From an uncultured virus (IMG/VR IMGVR_UViG_3300010157_000054) (lineage: Duplodnaviria > Heunggongvirae > Uroviricota > Caudoviricetes): a stretch of 64,000 bases of DNA. This document shows, one piece after another, positions 30,401 to 38,133 of this stretch. The stretch is taken from the IMG/VR virus record IMGVR_UViG_3300010157_000054. The stretch is one strand, 5' to 3'. The notes beneath the pieces are model-generated. The model saw only the letters and a list, made by a program, of their open reading frames with translations. It had not been told where the DNA came from and ran no database searches. Position numbers and translations under genes: made by a program. Every line of letters starts with the position of its first letter. Position 1 is the first letter of the stretch.

Positions 30401-32602
30401 GTAATTGTAAAAATAACTGACGGAACATCTACGTCAGTTATCAAGACTATGGACGATGATTATATTGTTAATTTTAATACTCGCACTATTAAATTTAATA
30501 CAGCGCCTACCGCAACACAAATTATTTCGATATTCAGCTTTGGATTTAGTGGATCAAATATTTTAGATCTTGATTATTTTGTTGGTAATAATATAACTAC
30601 AGAATTTATTACTAAAGCACCATGGCTATCAGATATTACTGCGTTGGTATATCTTGACGGTATGCCTGAAGAAGTTGAATTATTTGAAACAGATGCCACA
30701 TACGAAAGTAATAAAAGAGTTGGAATACGATTCAACGCTGCCCCGACTGCTGGAACTATTATAAATTTTGTAGTCGTTAGTGGTAATGAACAAACGTTTG
30801 CTATAACCAAGACTGAAAAGATTGCCACTGACGGACGAGAAAATAGAGATATAGCTACTGGTTTATTAAATGGGACATCAACGTACGATTTACAAAATAA
30901 AATTGGAAATAGTCTTCCTGCCGAAACCAGCATGATTGTAAGAGTTGACCAAACAATTTTACCAGCAGCCAACAACATTTACTATAAAATTAAATCAAAT
31001 AAGTTAACATATACTATTGATAAAAACAAATACGCACAGTATGGTTTAGACGTTGCTGACATTTCAGTATACGTTGGCAATATTATGCTTGTGTTAGGAA
31101 CAGACTATGTGGTAGATCTTAGCGGAATCAGTATTAAAATCACAGCTCATATTCGTAGTTTGTATATTAACCAGCAATTGGTTATCAGTGTAATAAAAAA
31201 CACGTTAGTAGAAGGTGGTTTCTATAGGTACCTGCCGGGTATTAATAATACTCAACCACAAATTATGTTTAATCAAGTCTATGATTCATCACACGTTGTT
31301 GAAGTTATAAGTTCTTATAAACATGACATATTAGATATCCAACGAACTTCAGTTACAGTTTCGTCTAATATTAGTTTTACTCCTGATACAATTGAATATT
31401 TTAATTACACAGGAGTATCTGGAGGAGTCATTAATCTTGATAGACCTGTAATTAACGATAATTATGTTTGGGTGATTAGTAACGGCGCATTGTTAGTACC
31501 GGGAATTGATTTTAAATTAAATTCAGACAAACAAAGTATTACCTTATCAGCATACCCGGCTGCTGACGATGAATTTACATTAATGACTTACGGTAGTAAT
31601 GTATTAAAATCTGGAATTTCATACATGCAGTTTAAAGATATGTTAAACCGAGTTCATTACAAACGACTAAGTTTAAATAAACAAACATCATTAGTAACAA
31701 ATCTATCATGGAACGATACTATTATTACTGTAGTCGATGCTAGCAAATTTGACGAACCGAATCCTGCTGTAAATAAACCTGGGGTAATTGAAATACGTGG
31801 AGAGCGTATTGAATACTTTACTAAAATTGGTAATGTTCTAAGTCAATTACGACGAGGAACATTGGGCACTGGAACGCCAACTGTTCACCGTGCTGGATCG
31901 TTTGTCCAAGACATTGGCCCAAGTGAAACTATTCCGTATGCTGAAAATACAGTTATTGAACAAGTTATAGCAGACGGAACTGACAGGGTTAATTTAATTA
32001 AAATTACTCCGGGATTATACACTTTTACTAACCCCAATACTAAAATTACTAAGACACTACCACACGATATTGAGGTATTTGTTGGCGGATATAATATTGG
32101 AGCTGAGTGGGCGGCTAATGTACCATACTCTGTTGGTATGTTTGTAACCCTAGGAAGTTACACATATAAGTGCACGATTGAACATACTAGTGCTAGTACA
32201 TTCCATGCTGATATTTTAAATTGGACATTCTTTATTGGAAACATTCGTTTAAAGAAAGACTTGTATGCTGTTTATAATGTAAACAATCACCCAGACAGTA
32301 CAGAAGGTGATGTTTCTTTTGACGCAGAATTTACAGTAGATGGGACATCAAAACAATTAATGTTAGCAACTCCGTTAACATTTGGCACACAGGTTACAGT
32401 TGTTAAACGTACATTAACTTATTGGGATAGTACAACTAATATATTAAACGATAATAATAAAATATCAGGCTTCTTAAAAGCAGAGCCCGGTGTGTGGTAT
32501 ACAAATATCGGTAAATACGGCAATACTAACAATGTAGGAGCATCGTTTGACAACAATAATGCTACATTTGATGATATAACTACAACATTTGATAGAGGAT
32601 AA
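18479..32602 (+). CDS. Giant baseplate wedge/structural protein (4707 aa), gp7-position
   Basis: Uninterrupted 14.1-kb ORF after gp6; LPRFY N-terminus, VKPYRTK motif, FG-GAP-like repeats, CBM-like repeats, FD-repeat C-terminus. Confidence 0.75.
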   Translation: MADSINPNKNKVSSFLPRFYRSDSNKKFTQATLDQLVQPGTVDKLNGFVGRKNAKASTGKDIFIKEISDQRQNYQLEPGMVIKDALDNVTFFKDYIDYINQLDVFGGNVKNHARLNKQEFYSWDPHIDWDKFVNFQNYYWLPYGPDVIAIAGQQQKIESTYTVTVETEGNSFEYVFTPNGLTRNPTIKLYKGQTYKFEINSPGNPFSIKTVRSLGTLDRYKTFGLDGVAVENGTITFTVPTDAPDVLYYVSESDIDLGGVFQIFSINENTKIDVEQEIIGKKNYSLANGTALSNGMKVKFIGGVMPLSYASGEYYVEGVGTAIILINASELALISAYTQSESILFDSTPFDNMPFSDATAFAGTPDYIAINRASLDKNPWSRYNRWFHIDVVNSSAAFNNKIPSLDQNARAVRPIIEFEPGLKLFNFGLQSVADIDLIDTYTTDVFSTIEGSLGYNVDGIPLVQGQRVLFTADSDGFVNNKIYKVEFIDVLHLNTGSRQIHLVLETEPALHNVVLVKQGTSNVGKSYWFDGSTWIAGQQKTILNQPPLFDIVDDNIVSYGDTNAYEGSTFKGTKLFSYKIGTGAADGKLGFPLTYKNISNIGDIVFNFNILTDTFRYKDLANVIDKNINVGYLTLISPETKAIKYANGWKTSLATHNQAAIRIYKNSNLTNNFEIDIFDNKDDLTDLVVRLYVNGRRLDKSLWTIVTGPVYKKIVLTTDISIDDVLTIKTFARQPINTKGYYETPINLQNNPLNNNLADFTLGEVIDHVSSIVDNVEAFEGNYPGAGNLRDLGDITPYGTKFVQHSGPMGLALYHITNQENNIIRAIENAKNDYNKFKRNFISIIDSLEVYSTDVVTQVNLILQAINKDKPASVAYYFSDMLGYSANQYNEYPVIDYRIQSYPLVSTFSLTNLSNQAVYIYLNGTQLVYKKDYTFDGQGFVVISATLHNDDTIGIYEYENTDGCFIPQTPTKLGIWPRYEPKIYLDTSLVTPRTMIQGHDGSQVLAYGDYRDDLILELEKRIFNNVKVEYDASIFDINDFLPSYVRTTEYDLTEFNEVLSTQFYKWTRLIDRDFTKPLSYDRENSLTYNYQGHTAIDGRSVPGYWRGIYRWMLDTDRPNLCPWESLGFTIQPAWWETVYGPAPYTRDNLVLWQDLSQGLVKEPGKPVVILEKYVRPFLANSIPVDENGNILGPILSNLVNGPNTVSISNDFVFGDVSPIEAAWRRGSYYPFSFLITAMLTAPAKTFGLLLDRSRVIRNLTGQLVYKDTGLRIRPTDVVLPSIYSSTTRVQTAGVINYIIDYVLSDNLRSYTDYSYNLKHLNMQLSYRLGAFTSKEKFNLLLDSKTPSSSGSVFVPQEDYNIILNVSSPVKKITYSGVIVTKLPDGFEVKGYSQIQPYFKYFPYIKNGPTINIGGISESFSTWTAGEQYAVGKVVKYNNRYYRVKVFHVSSSVFNEAYVQPLGSLPIIGGQEAVFRTEWDISVEITVPYGTKFRTIQETVDFIIGYGEWLKSQGFIFDDFNNNIALITNWETSAKEFLFWTTQNWSSGQEKWAEWTPFTTTEYQEIIRYNGDYYQAIRKSVSENLFIEDDYVKLDGLSTVGSSVISLSPSASKVTFSIPYSVVDDIKNPFHEYEIFKVDGSPMPPRLINSYREDNAVSYASVTTDGIFGATFFLVQKEQVVLINNSTMFNDTIYNPESGYRQERIKVAGYVSTNWFGGFDVPGFIFDQANIQVWSSWTDYALGDIIKYKEFYYSANQFTPGTETFIPSNWIKLDTKPTPRLIPNWTYKASQFEDFYSLDSDNFDIGQQRAAQHLIGYQKRQYLENIIKDDVSEYKFYQGMIIEKGTQNVLNKLFDVLSAEGQESIVFDEEWAVRVGQYGASAAFENIEFILPESLFKNNPQGFELANSTDTVSQDFIIRQTPNDVYLKPLGYNNNPWPVVKNYTPYLRTPGYVRQHEVTEVLITLDDIVNSDIDKINNGDYIWCGFEGREWNVYKYVPSNFTVLNVTYDPGSSELFLETDALVKLRPGEYIGIEGDKNLRGIEQITFKGFYKVIRLELNVVVLSASLKSAPNFAPNLIIPVFVLQSQRVSSIDTADSIITSQPTNGDLLWTDNSGDGKWATWKFNNVYKSTQIAGYLPTKGLEFGRTIAVNKGGNLSAISSGNGDVLIYSKSVPGVPWSTTQRISKPFTSLGLDIWSSEVSYAQGTIVFYVNGWYQANDIVPARVTPPSSVAHWTKIYFSDVVALSPDGTWLAVGSPSASNVSVSTTISELITVNRSGTPSELTNQGVVSLYKKNNADLFSLVDTFTSPSSVDNEKFGSNLVFGDNVLFVGAIGRNNNAGRVYQLNYTAVPYATVLYNPIGSIDATIKTTIPVGTVEVGMTIVGTGFTSGQKVKQILSPTLYVLTAPPDTTPSGRLSFVVTQWVYDNNTGIGTGAAPNDQFGYAINVSGDSSTLAISAPDAESVHVYKKVSGVYTLVQTVTGTDSRFGESISLSDTAEYLAVSSILVDDKEIDQGAVFVYKNINGSFITYQNLTNVMPEAAEHFGSKISFMNDYGSIVVYSTAADTFVPTTFDTGTTTFDDKLTKIITRQLNSGRVDIYDRYATKWVFSESLPTINSEYDLYGASVVVGANHVFVGAPNAVDRTLRAGIVYEYSKLANTYSWSILHKEINKLDLTKIKSAFLYNKKTNKLLTYLDVIDPVQGKIPGVAEQEIKFKTFYDPAVYCSPIGTAIADKSVNIDDGMAWTKDQVGMLWWDLRSAKFLDSHDNDPVYRNSTWSTLFPGASIDIYEWVESTLLPAAWNEQADTDAGITLGISGTTLYGNNVYSYEKRYDNVGKVTKYKYYYWVKNKKTIPNIINRNMSAQDVSNLISNPRGEGYKFVALTGTNSFSLFNISNLLKDTDVVLSVQYWIADHIDQNIHSQWKIISRNKNTVLPTAIETKWFDSLCGKDQQGRLVPDNSLPPKLQYGIENRPRQGMFVNRFEALKQFFEKTNLILSSTQVVGNADLSLLDSYDPEPNINLGLYDTVFDTDAELRFANVGAFKQAVLKPVIVNGSIVSITIITKGNGYVNAPYLDISGTGVDAKIKAVINAKGQVVSASIISAGKGYDDNTTVSIRTYSALVHSDTQALNSWSIYSYDLSTLTWSRVQSQNFDTRKYWKYIDWYATGYGQYSLIDFAVNTFVELTTIVTNIGQIVKVRTTGDGTWLLLRKYANSTAVDWTQSYEVIGIQNGTIQFLPELYRFAGTPYGYDGSLYDGSIFDNSAARELRNILICLQKNILIDELKQYYLDLFFVCVRYAHSEQNYLDWIFKTSFVKAQHNVGELIQKVTYNNDNLADFEAYITEVKPYRTKVREYISSYSKTDTSELSLTDFDLQPTYRSQSQSTIETKVINEAIEVDDSLISSYPWKHWADNVGFKVTELKIVDGGAGYHLPPIIRIASKSGTGATARAFISNGKVNRIVLLTPGASYLNAPTVLVEGGLNEGGTAAQVVAYIGNGVVRSSLIKMKFDRLTQNYFITKLEESESFTGTGSRLQFPLKWSPDIRIGKSSVTINGVDVLRDNYKLLTVKSTVRGYTSYSGSIIFTKAIAKDSVILVSYLKDWGLLNAADRIQYYYNPQTGDLGKDLSQLMTGVDYGGVIMNGLGLNVSQGWDSTPYYTDRWDSVDTTFDDYIVSVAANTHVFTLPYVPESGVEINTYHIKLYQQSYAANGLDYQYDVAAGSLKVVISKTVTTTVQNIAGGYVLSVPSTTGININDIITTSTNNTFGYNTKVTEIINSTAVRLDQIIFGTIGIGSAIVITRTLVKNIDYVVSIIGLVSLTQSAPVGSTITISSPLAPVRLDPTVVPTFIGDNDADVITIPSGYTVNAGDEFIFRKSTSDGSIKPQEADYDTALTGGNLAYSSATGLNAEDIIVDGDGFVTPTTSPATEEVVPGQIFDTVAIKVYEKPGAGSANIKVDNYVGNNSQVEYAITQQINSPQAVIVKITDGTSTSVIKTMDDDYIVNFNTRTIKFNTAPTATQIISIFSFGFSGSNILDLDYFVGNNITTEFITKAPWLSDITALVYLDGMPEEVELFETDATYESNKRVGIRFNAAPTAGTIINFVVVSGNEQTFAITKTEKIATDGRENRDIATGLLNGTSTYDLQNKIGNSLPAETSMIVRVDQTILPAANNIYYKIKSNKLTYTIDKNKYAQYGLDVADISVYVGNIMLVLGTDYVVDLSGISIKITAHIRSLYINQQLVISVIKNTLVEGGFYRYLPGINNTQPQIMFNQVYDSSHVVEVISSYKHDILDIQRTSVTVSSNISFTPDTIEYFNYTGVSGGVINLDRPVINDNYVWVISNGALLVPGIDFKLNSDKQSITLSAYPAADDEFTLMTYGSNVLKSGISYMQFKDMLNRVHYKRLSLNKQTSLVTNLSWNDTIITVVDASKFDEPNPAVNKPGVIEIRGERIEYFTKIGNVLSQLRRGTLGTGTPTVHRAGSFVQDIGPSETIPYAENTVIEQVIADGTDRVNLIKITPGLYTFTNPNTKITKTLPHDIEVFVGGYNIGAEWAANVPYSVGMFVTLGSYTYKCTIEHTSASTFHADILNWTFFIGNIRLKKDLYAVYNVNNHPDSTEGDVSFDAEFTVDGTSKQLMLATPLTFGTQVTVVKRTLTYWDSTTNILNDNNKISGFLKAEPGVWYTNIGKYGNTNNVGASFDNNNATFDDITTTFDRG

Positions 32603-32606
32603 AAAT

Positions 32607-33722
32607 ATGGCAAAGCAAGTAATAGAGATAGGGTCGCGAGCAAATGACGGCACTGGCGATTCGATCCGCATCGGCGCACAGAAAATTAATGATAATTTTA
32701 CTGAGCTATATTCAAACGCAGTGCCGTCTCCTGCTGGTCAAAGCGGAAAGTATTTAACTACTGACGGGACTGCCGTTACATGGGGAACGGCAACAGTTTC
32801 TAACATAACAGGAAATGCTGCAACCGTTACAAATGGAGTTTATATTAACGGCAGTTATTCAAATCCGTCGTGGATTACTAATTTAGATCCTAGTAAAGTG
32901 TTACCAACTCAGTCTAGTCATATTGGGCAATTCTTAACAACTGACGGTAGTACTATTAGTTGGGGGCCAGTGATACAACCAGAGCAACTTCAAAGCGATT
33001 GGGCTCAAAGTAATACTGCTTCCTTAGATTTTATTAAAAATAAACCAACAATCCCTACAAACACTAACCAACTTGCTAACGGTGCTGGGTTTCTTACATC
33101 AAATGGTATACCTAATCAAACTGGAAATACTGGAAAATATTTAAGCACAAATGGATCAGTGTTGTCTTGGAATACAGTAAACGCACAACTACAAAGCGAT
33201 TGGACTCAAAGTAATACTGCTTCCTTAGATTTTATTAAAAACAAACCAACAATTAACACGCTTGTACCTAGTCAAACCGGTAATAGTGGAAAATATTTAA
33301 GCACTGATGGATCAACAGTATCATGGGCATCAAGTTCCGGACTAGGTGCTCGACTAATAGTATCGGCAACAACCGCTTCTCTTTCTAGTGGTGTCGCCGG
33401 AGTAGTTACTGCTTCAGGATTCAAAGGATATGCGTTATTAAGTATACAAGTTAGTGCCGGCGCATGGGTTACAGTTTATACTAGTTCTGCTGCACAATCA
33501 GCAGACAGTGGTAGAGCTATATCTACTGATCCTACACCTGGTAGTGGAGTTGTTGCTGAGTCGGTTACTACTACTGCTACTACAACATATTTTTCTCCAG
33601 CTATAATTGGTTATAGTAGTGAAGCAGTACCGAATACGAACATTCCGTTGAAAGTTTATAATAATAGTGGGTCAACCGCAACAATCACGGTTACACTAAC
33701 TCTATTAAAATTGGAAGTATAA
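32607..33722 (+). CDS. gp9/gp10-like baseplate-fibre connector with internal repeats
   Basis: N-terminal KQVIEIGSRANDGTGDSIRIGAQKINDNFTELY matches the T4 gp9/gp10 N-terminal motif; four GKYL-T-G-W repeats. Start set at the ATG after GAGG. Confidence 0.75.
   Translation: MAKQVIEIGSRANDGTGDSIRIGAQKINDNFTELYSNAVPSPAGQSGKYLTTDGTAVTWGTATVSNITGNAATVTNGVYINGSYSNPSWITNLDPSKVLPTQSSHIGQFLTTDGSTISWGPVIQPEQLQSDWAQSNTASLDFIKNKPTIPTNTNQLANGAGFLTSNGIPNQTGNTGKYLSTNGSVLSWNTVNAQLQSDWTQSNTASLDFIKNKPTINTLVPSQTGNSGKYLSTDGSTVSWASSSGLGARLIVSATTASLSSGVAGVVTASGFKGYALLSIQVSAGAWVTVYTSSAAQSADSGRAISTDPTPGSGVVAESVTTTATTTYFSPAIIGYSSEAVPNTNIPLKVYNNSGSTATITVTLTLLKLEV
32985..33253. repeat. Near-identical approx. 68-bp direct repeat, 201 bp apart (QLQSDW.QSNTASLDFIKNKPTI)
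   Basis: Copies at about 32985-33052 and 33186-33253. Confidence 0.9.
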
Positions 33723-33723
33723 T

Positions 33724-35349
33724 ATGTCGACAATCTCCACTCAAGAAATAATAATCAGTGTATATCTTAAAAAGGATAATCACGAAAATGGCATGACATT
33801 ACAAGAATATGCTGACGGAGTAATTGCCGGAACCCAGCCAATTCTAAGTAATGATCAATACGCATATCAATTCGGAGCAGTTGAAGATCAAGTTAATCTA
33901 GTAATAAATTGGGCAGAAGTTAATAACTTAACAGTGATAGAATCAAATGTTGGAGCAGCCTTAATAAAACTCCAAGGAACCGCCGACCAATTTGATTCGT
34001 TGTTTACTATCTCAATAAAAACGGTAATTGACGGAGATAGGGAATATCTTACACATGACGGCACTTTAATAGTTCCTACAGAAATTGACGATGTTGTACA
34101 AGCCGTTCTTGGTTTAGACAATTCGGTTAGTTTTTCGCACAATGCTATACTTGATCCAACCGTTGATCCTTCAGTAGACCCTAGTCTAATAACTAGCCCA
34201 ACTCCGGTCGATCTAGCACTTGCCTATAAATTTCCAAGATCTCCGGGGTCAGATCTAGTACAAGGTAACGGTGCGTGTGTTGCTATTATTGAACTAGGCG
34301 GCGGCTGGACTACACAAAATTTAACAAGTACATTTAGTCGAATTGGGCAACCTAATCCTACGGTAGTTGATGTATTAGTCGATGGCGGGACAAACAACCC
34401 GTCAGACGTGGGTAGTAGTGGTGAAGTGATGCTTGATATATATTGTGTGGCAGCGGTGGCGCCAGCTGCAAAAATTGCCATGTATTTTGCCCCAAACAGT
34501 TATCAAGGATTTATAGATACAATCACAACCCCGACAAATGATACAGTAAATAATCCTAGTGTTATTAGTGTCAGTTGGGGAACAACTGACACTAATTGGG
34601 GGTCAACTGCCCGAGCCGCATTTGAAGCGGCACTTCAAGCCGCTACAGTTAAAGGAATTACAGTATTCATAGCCGCCGGCGACTACGGTGTTAGAGCTAT
34701 TAGTGGCGGCCCAACATATTCTTTACAATATCCAGGATCAAGCCCCTACTGTGTATGTGCTGGCGGAACTGTAGTATCTATCAACAATGACTATTCAATT
34801 GCTAGCGAAGAGCCCTGGGGAACCAGTGGCGGGTCGTACGCCGGCGGTGGCGGCGTCAGTTCAATATTTCCAGTACCGGCATGGCAAACGGGATTTAGTA
34901 GTAAAACATATCCCGGCAATTCTATAGTACCGCTAGGTGGCCGCGGCATTCCTGATGTGTCTGCTCACGCAGTCGGATACTTCTTTTATTATGGTGCTCC
35001 GAACTACTCAGGTAGCTTTGTAGGAACTAGTGCCACTGCTCCGCTACTATCAGGAATGATGGCTAGATTAAATCAACTGTCCGGGCGACGAATTGGATTT
35101 GTTAATTCAGATTGGTATAGTGTAAGAACAACCGCGTTCAATGATCAAATAACAGGCGACAACCACGGAGGAAACACTGTAGGTTATAAGGCCACTGCTG
35201 GATGGGATGCGACAACGGGCTTAGGAAGTCCTATCGGTACGGAGTTGTATAAGTTATATAAAATTGGCACAACTTTTCCGAAACGTAATAACGGTTTTAG
35301 ACCTACTAGCGGACAAGTATATCCTAGAACAACAACAGGTGTTCGATAA
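33724..35349 (+). CDS. Sedolisin/kumamolisin-like serine-carboxyl peptidase (family S53) with prodomain
   Basis: IIELGGG, catalytic E-x3-D (EVMLD), SVSWG, oxyanion AAGD, catalytic GTSATAP, Ca-site GWDATTGLGSP; approx. 150-aa prodomain. Confidence 0.92.
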   Translation: MSTISTQEIIISVYLKKDNHENGMTLQEYADGVIAGTQPILSNDQYAYQFGAVEDQVNLVINWAEVNNLTVIESNVGAALIKLQGTADQFDSLFTISIKTVIDGDREYLTHDGTLIVPTEIDDVVQAVLGLDNSVSFSHNAILDPTVDPSVDPSLITSPTPVDLALAYKFPRSPGSDLVQGNGACVAIIELGGGWTTQNLTSTFSRIGQPNPTVVDVLVDGGTNNPSDVGSSGEVMLDIYCVAAVAPAAKIAMYFAPNSYQGFIDTITTPTNDTVNNPSVISVSWGTTDTNWGSTARAAFEAALQAATVKGITVFIAAGDYGVRAISGGPTYSLQYPGSSPYCVCAGGTVVSINNDYSIASEEPWGTSGGSYAGGGGVSSIFPVPAWQTGFSSKTYPGNSIVPLGGRGIPDVSAHAVGYFFYYGAPNYSGSFVGTSATAPLLSGMMARLNQLSGRRIGFVNSDWYSVRTTAFNDQITGDNHGGNTVGYKATAGWDATTGLGSPIGTELYKLYKIGTTFPKRNNGFRPTSGQVYPRTTTGVR

Positions 35350-35381
35350 GCAATCGATTAAACTACCACATTATATACATT

Positions 35382-35389
35382 GATAAATA
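35382..35389 (+). promoter_or_regulatory. Late promoter GATAAATA
   Basis: 20 nt upstream of ATG 35410. Confidence 0.65.
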
Positions 35390-35409
35390 TAAGATAAAGA
35401 GAGAGTATT

Positions 35410-36018
35410 ATGCAGAGTAAAGATACAACGGGAATTCATGTAGAAGGTCACATTAAGATTCATGACCCTGCTTCTGGTGAGGTTTTTATTAATAAGCGTA
35501 ATGCCGTTCATTACGAAAATATTAGTATTGCGCTAGCTCAGAGTATAGCGAACAGCGGCCAAGGTTTTATATATCAGATGGCCTTTGGTAACGGTGGCAC
35601 TGCTATTGATCCAACTGGTATTATTACCTATTTGACTCCGAATAGTTCAGGATCAAATGCTAGTTTATATAATGAAACCTACACAAAGATCGTTGATGAT
35701 AGAAGTAGTAATAACGTAGACCCAACTCGCAATTTTGTTGAAACTAGACACGTTACTGGCACAAATTATACTGACGTGTTTATTACTTGTTTGTTAGATT
35801 ATGGTGAACCTAGCGGACAAAATGCTTACGATACAACAACTAATAATGAAAGTGCCTATGTTTTTGACGAGCTAGGGCTTAAATCATACAGTTCAACTGG
35901 GCAGAGTTTATTATTAACACATGTGGTATTCCATCCTGTACAAAAAAGTTTAAATCGATTGATTCAGATTGATTATACTGTGCGTATTCAAAGTTTAACT
36001 GGTTTGGCAGGAGTATAA
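35410..36018 (+). CDS. Putative baseplate/fibre-attachment structural protein (202 aa)
   Basis: MAFGNGG, FDELGL and IQIDYTVRI motifs; late promoter; lies among tail genes. Confidence 0.55.
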   Translation: MQSKDTTGIHVEGHIKIHDPASGEVFINKRNAVHYENISIALAQSIANSGQGFIYQMAFGNGGTAIDPTGIITYLTPNSSGSNASLYNETYTKIVDDRSSNNVDPTRNFVETRHVTGTNYTDVFITCLLDYGEPSGQNAYDTTTNNESAYVFDELGLKSYSSTGQSLLLTHVVFHPVQKSLNRLIQIDYTVRIQSLTGLAGV

Positions 36019-36021
36019 TAA

Positions 36022-38133
36022 ATGAGTTACCAAGTCAAATATACCGAAACAACAAATCCAAGTAAGCCCCCGATCACAGTCGAAGATCAAACAGTTAACT
36101 CGCAAACTGATTTAAAATTTGTTGGAAAGAATTATGCCGGTTATGCTTCTTACATGGCAGAAAATTTCTTACATTTATTAGAAAATTTTTCTAAAAATAC
36201 TGCCCCGACTCAGCCAGTTGAAGGCCAGCTATGGTACGACAACAGCCCAGATGTTAATTTATTAAAAGTATATGACGGCACAGTATGGACAGCGGCAGGT
36301 AGTGTTAAGAAATTAGATACTGCGCCTAGTGTTGGAATTATTGGCGACCTTTGGGTAAACACTAATACCCAACAGCTTCATGTATATTCCGGGTCTAACT
36401 GGTTGTTAATTGGTCCACAGTATAGTTCAGGATCAAAAACGGGTCCAGATGTTGAAACTATTATTGACTCAAACAATATTTCTCATAGTGTAATTACATT
36501 TTGGGCAAACAATAGCAAGGTAGCAATATTAAGCAAAGAATCATTTAAGCCAAAGTTGTTCATTCCGGGATTTACTACTATCGGTCAGGGATTTAATATT
36601 AGTACAGTTGACGCTGACAGCACAACCGCTCCAACAAAGATGTGGGGAACTGCTAGCCAAGCCAATGCGTTGGTGATCAGCGGCTCTGCTGTTGCTGCAA
36701 GTAATTTTCTTAGAGGTGATGTAATAAGCACTTCTAATACTCCATTAAATATTAGAGCAAGTGGCGGACTAAGTATTGGTAGTGATTTAAGTTTTAATAT
36801 TGGTCAAGAATTATCGTCGACTATTTTATATTCTAAAACTAGTGGCGGCACTATAGATCTTAAACTAACAGCAACTAACGGCACGATAAACACAGTAGTG
36901 CGAGTTGATTCAAACAGTAGGGTTGGTATTAACACAATTAGTCCACAAGAAGCGTTAGATGTAAATGGAAACATCACTACTAGCGGAGATATTACAGCCG
37001 CTGGGTTAACTACTAGCAATACGCTAGCAGTACAATCAACATCAACGTTTGGCGACGATATTTTTACATTGGGTAAAATTGAAACTAGTTACCTAGATAT
37101 TGATGGCAATCCGTTTACTTACCCTGTAATTATTCCAGGCCCAAATGATTCAGCAGACGCAATTTACGACATTGGATCTAGTACAAGAAGATTTAGAAAT
37201 ATATACGCTCAAGAATTTGTTGGAAATTTTAACGGAGCATTTACTGGATCATTATCGGGAAGTATTTCAGGATCGGCAGCAAAGTTATCTAGCCCAACTA
37301 CATTTAGACTAATAGGCGATGTAGCTAGTGATGATGTAGATTTTGACGGCCAAACGCCACAACCTGGTCATGATCCGGGTCTTATTGAATTTACTACATC
37401 TATTAGTCAAAACCTTATTACAGGAAAGCCGCAAGTTACTTCGTCAAAAAATGACGATCAATTATTAGTATATCGATCGGGGGTCGACAGCGGATTAAAA
37501 CGAGTTACAAGACAATCGTTTTTTGCCAATATTCCAACAGTACCTATTGGCTCTTTAATGCCTTTTGCTGGTACAGTGTTACCAAACGGTTATTTGCTGT
37601 GCGATGGCGGCGAGGTGCGTATTAGTGAGTACCCAGAGTTATTTGGTGTAATCGGTTATACTTACAAGAGATTAGGGCTACGTGGTAAGAACACGTTTGC
37701 GCTGCCAGATTTACGTGGTCGATTTCCAATGGGGTCGGATAGCATGGACAATGGGACAACTGTTCCGGACAAAGATGATCCAACTATTTTAATTGACGCA
37801 GGCGGAGGAAGTGCCAACAGAGTTACTGCTACATCAGCAGATAATATTGGAGACAGTAACGGAGTTGAAGAAATAAGCATTCAGATTAACAATCTTCCGG
37901 AACATAAACATACACTTCAAAGCGATTCTGGGTTACAATATTTTGCCGGGGGAAGTCCAACAGGTGATGCTGATGGCGGAACGATCGCAGGTTACGGAGT
38001 TTCGGCCGGCGCATCAGGATATGGATTGCCTAATAGCGGAGGAGTTTCGTCACCGCGGCTTGGCGATACTATTAGCACTATGAACCCTTATATCACAATT
38101 AATTATATTATCTTTACTGGTGTCATACAATGA
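36022..38133 (+). CDS. Tail fibre with phage tail-collar domain
   Basis: PIGSLMPFAG...GYLLCDG...FALPDLRGRFPMG collar motif, HKH metal site, NPYITINYII end. Confidence 0.85.
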   Translation: MSYQVKYTETTNPSKPPITVEDQTVNSQTDLKFVGKNYAGYASYMAENFLHLLENFSKNTAPTQPVEGQLWYDNSPDVNLLKVYDGTVWTAAGSVKKLDTAPSVGIIGDLWVNTNTQQLHVYSGSNWLLIGPQYSSGSKTGPDVETIIDSNNISHSVITFWANNSKVAILSKESFKPKLFIPGFTTIGQGFNISTVDADSTTAPTKMWGTASQANALVISGSAVAASNFLRGDVISTSNTPLNIRASGGLSIGSDLSFNIGQELSSTILYSKTSGGTIDLKLTATNGTINTVVRVDSNSRVGINTISPQEALDVNGNITTSGDITAAGLTTSNTLAVQSTSTFGDDIFTLGKIETSYLDIDGNPFTYPVIIPGPNDSADAIYDIGSSTRRFRNIYAQEFVGNFNGAFTGSLSGSISGSAAKLSSPTTFRLIGDVASDDVDFDGQTPQPGHDPGLIEFTTSISQNLITGKPQVTSSKNDDQLLVYRSGVDSGLKRVTRQSFFANIPTVPIGSLMPFAGTVLPNGYLLCDGGEVRISEYPELFGVIGYTYKRLGLRGKNTFALPDLRGRFPMGSDSMDNGTTVPDKDDPTILIDAGGGSANRVTATSADNIGDSNGVEEISIQINNLPEHKHTLQSDSGLQYFAGGSPTGDADGGTIAGYGVSAGASGYGLPNSGGVSSPRLGDTISTMNPYITINYIIFTGVIQ

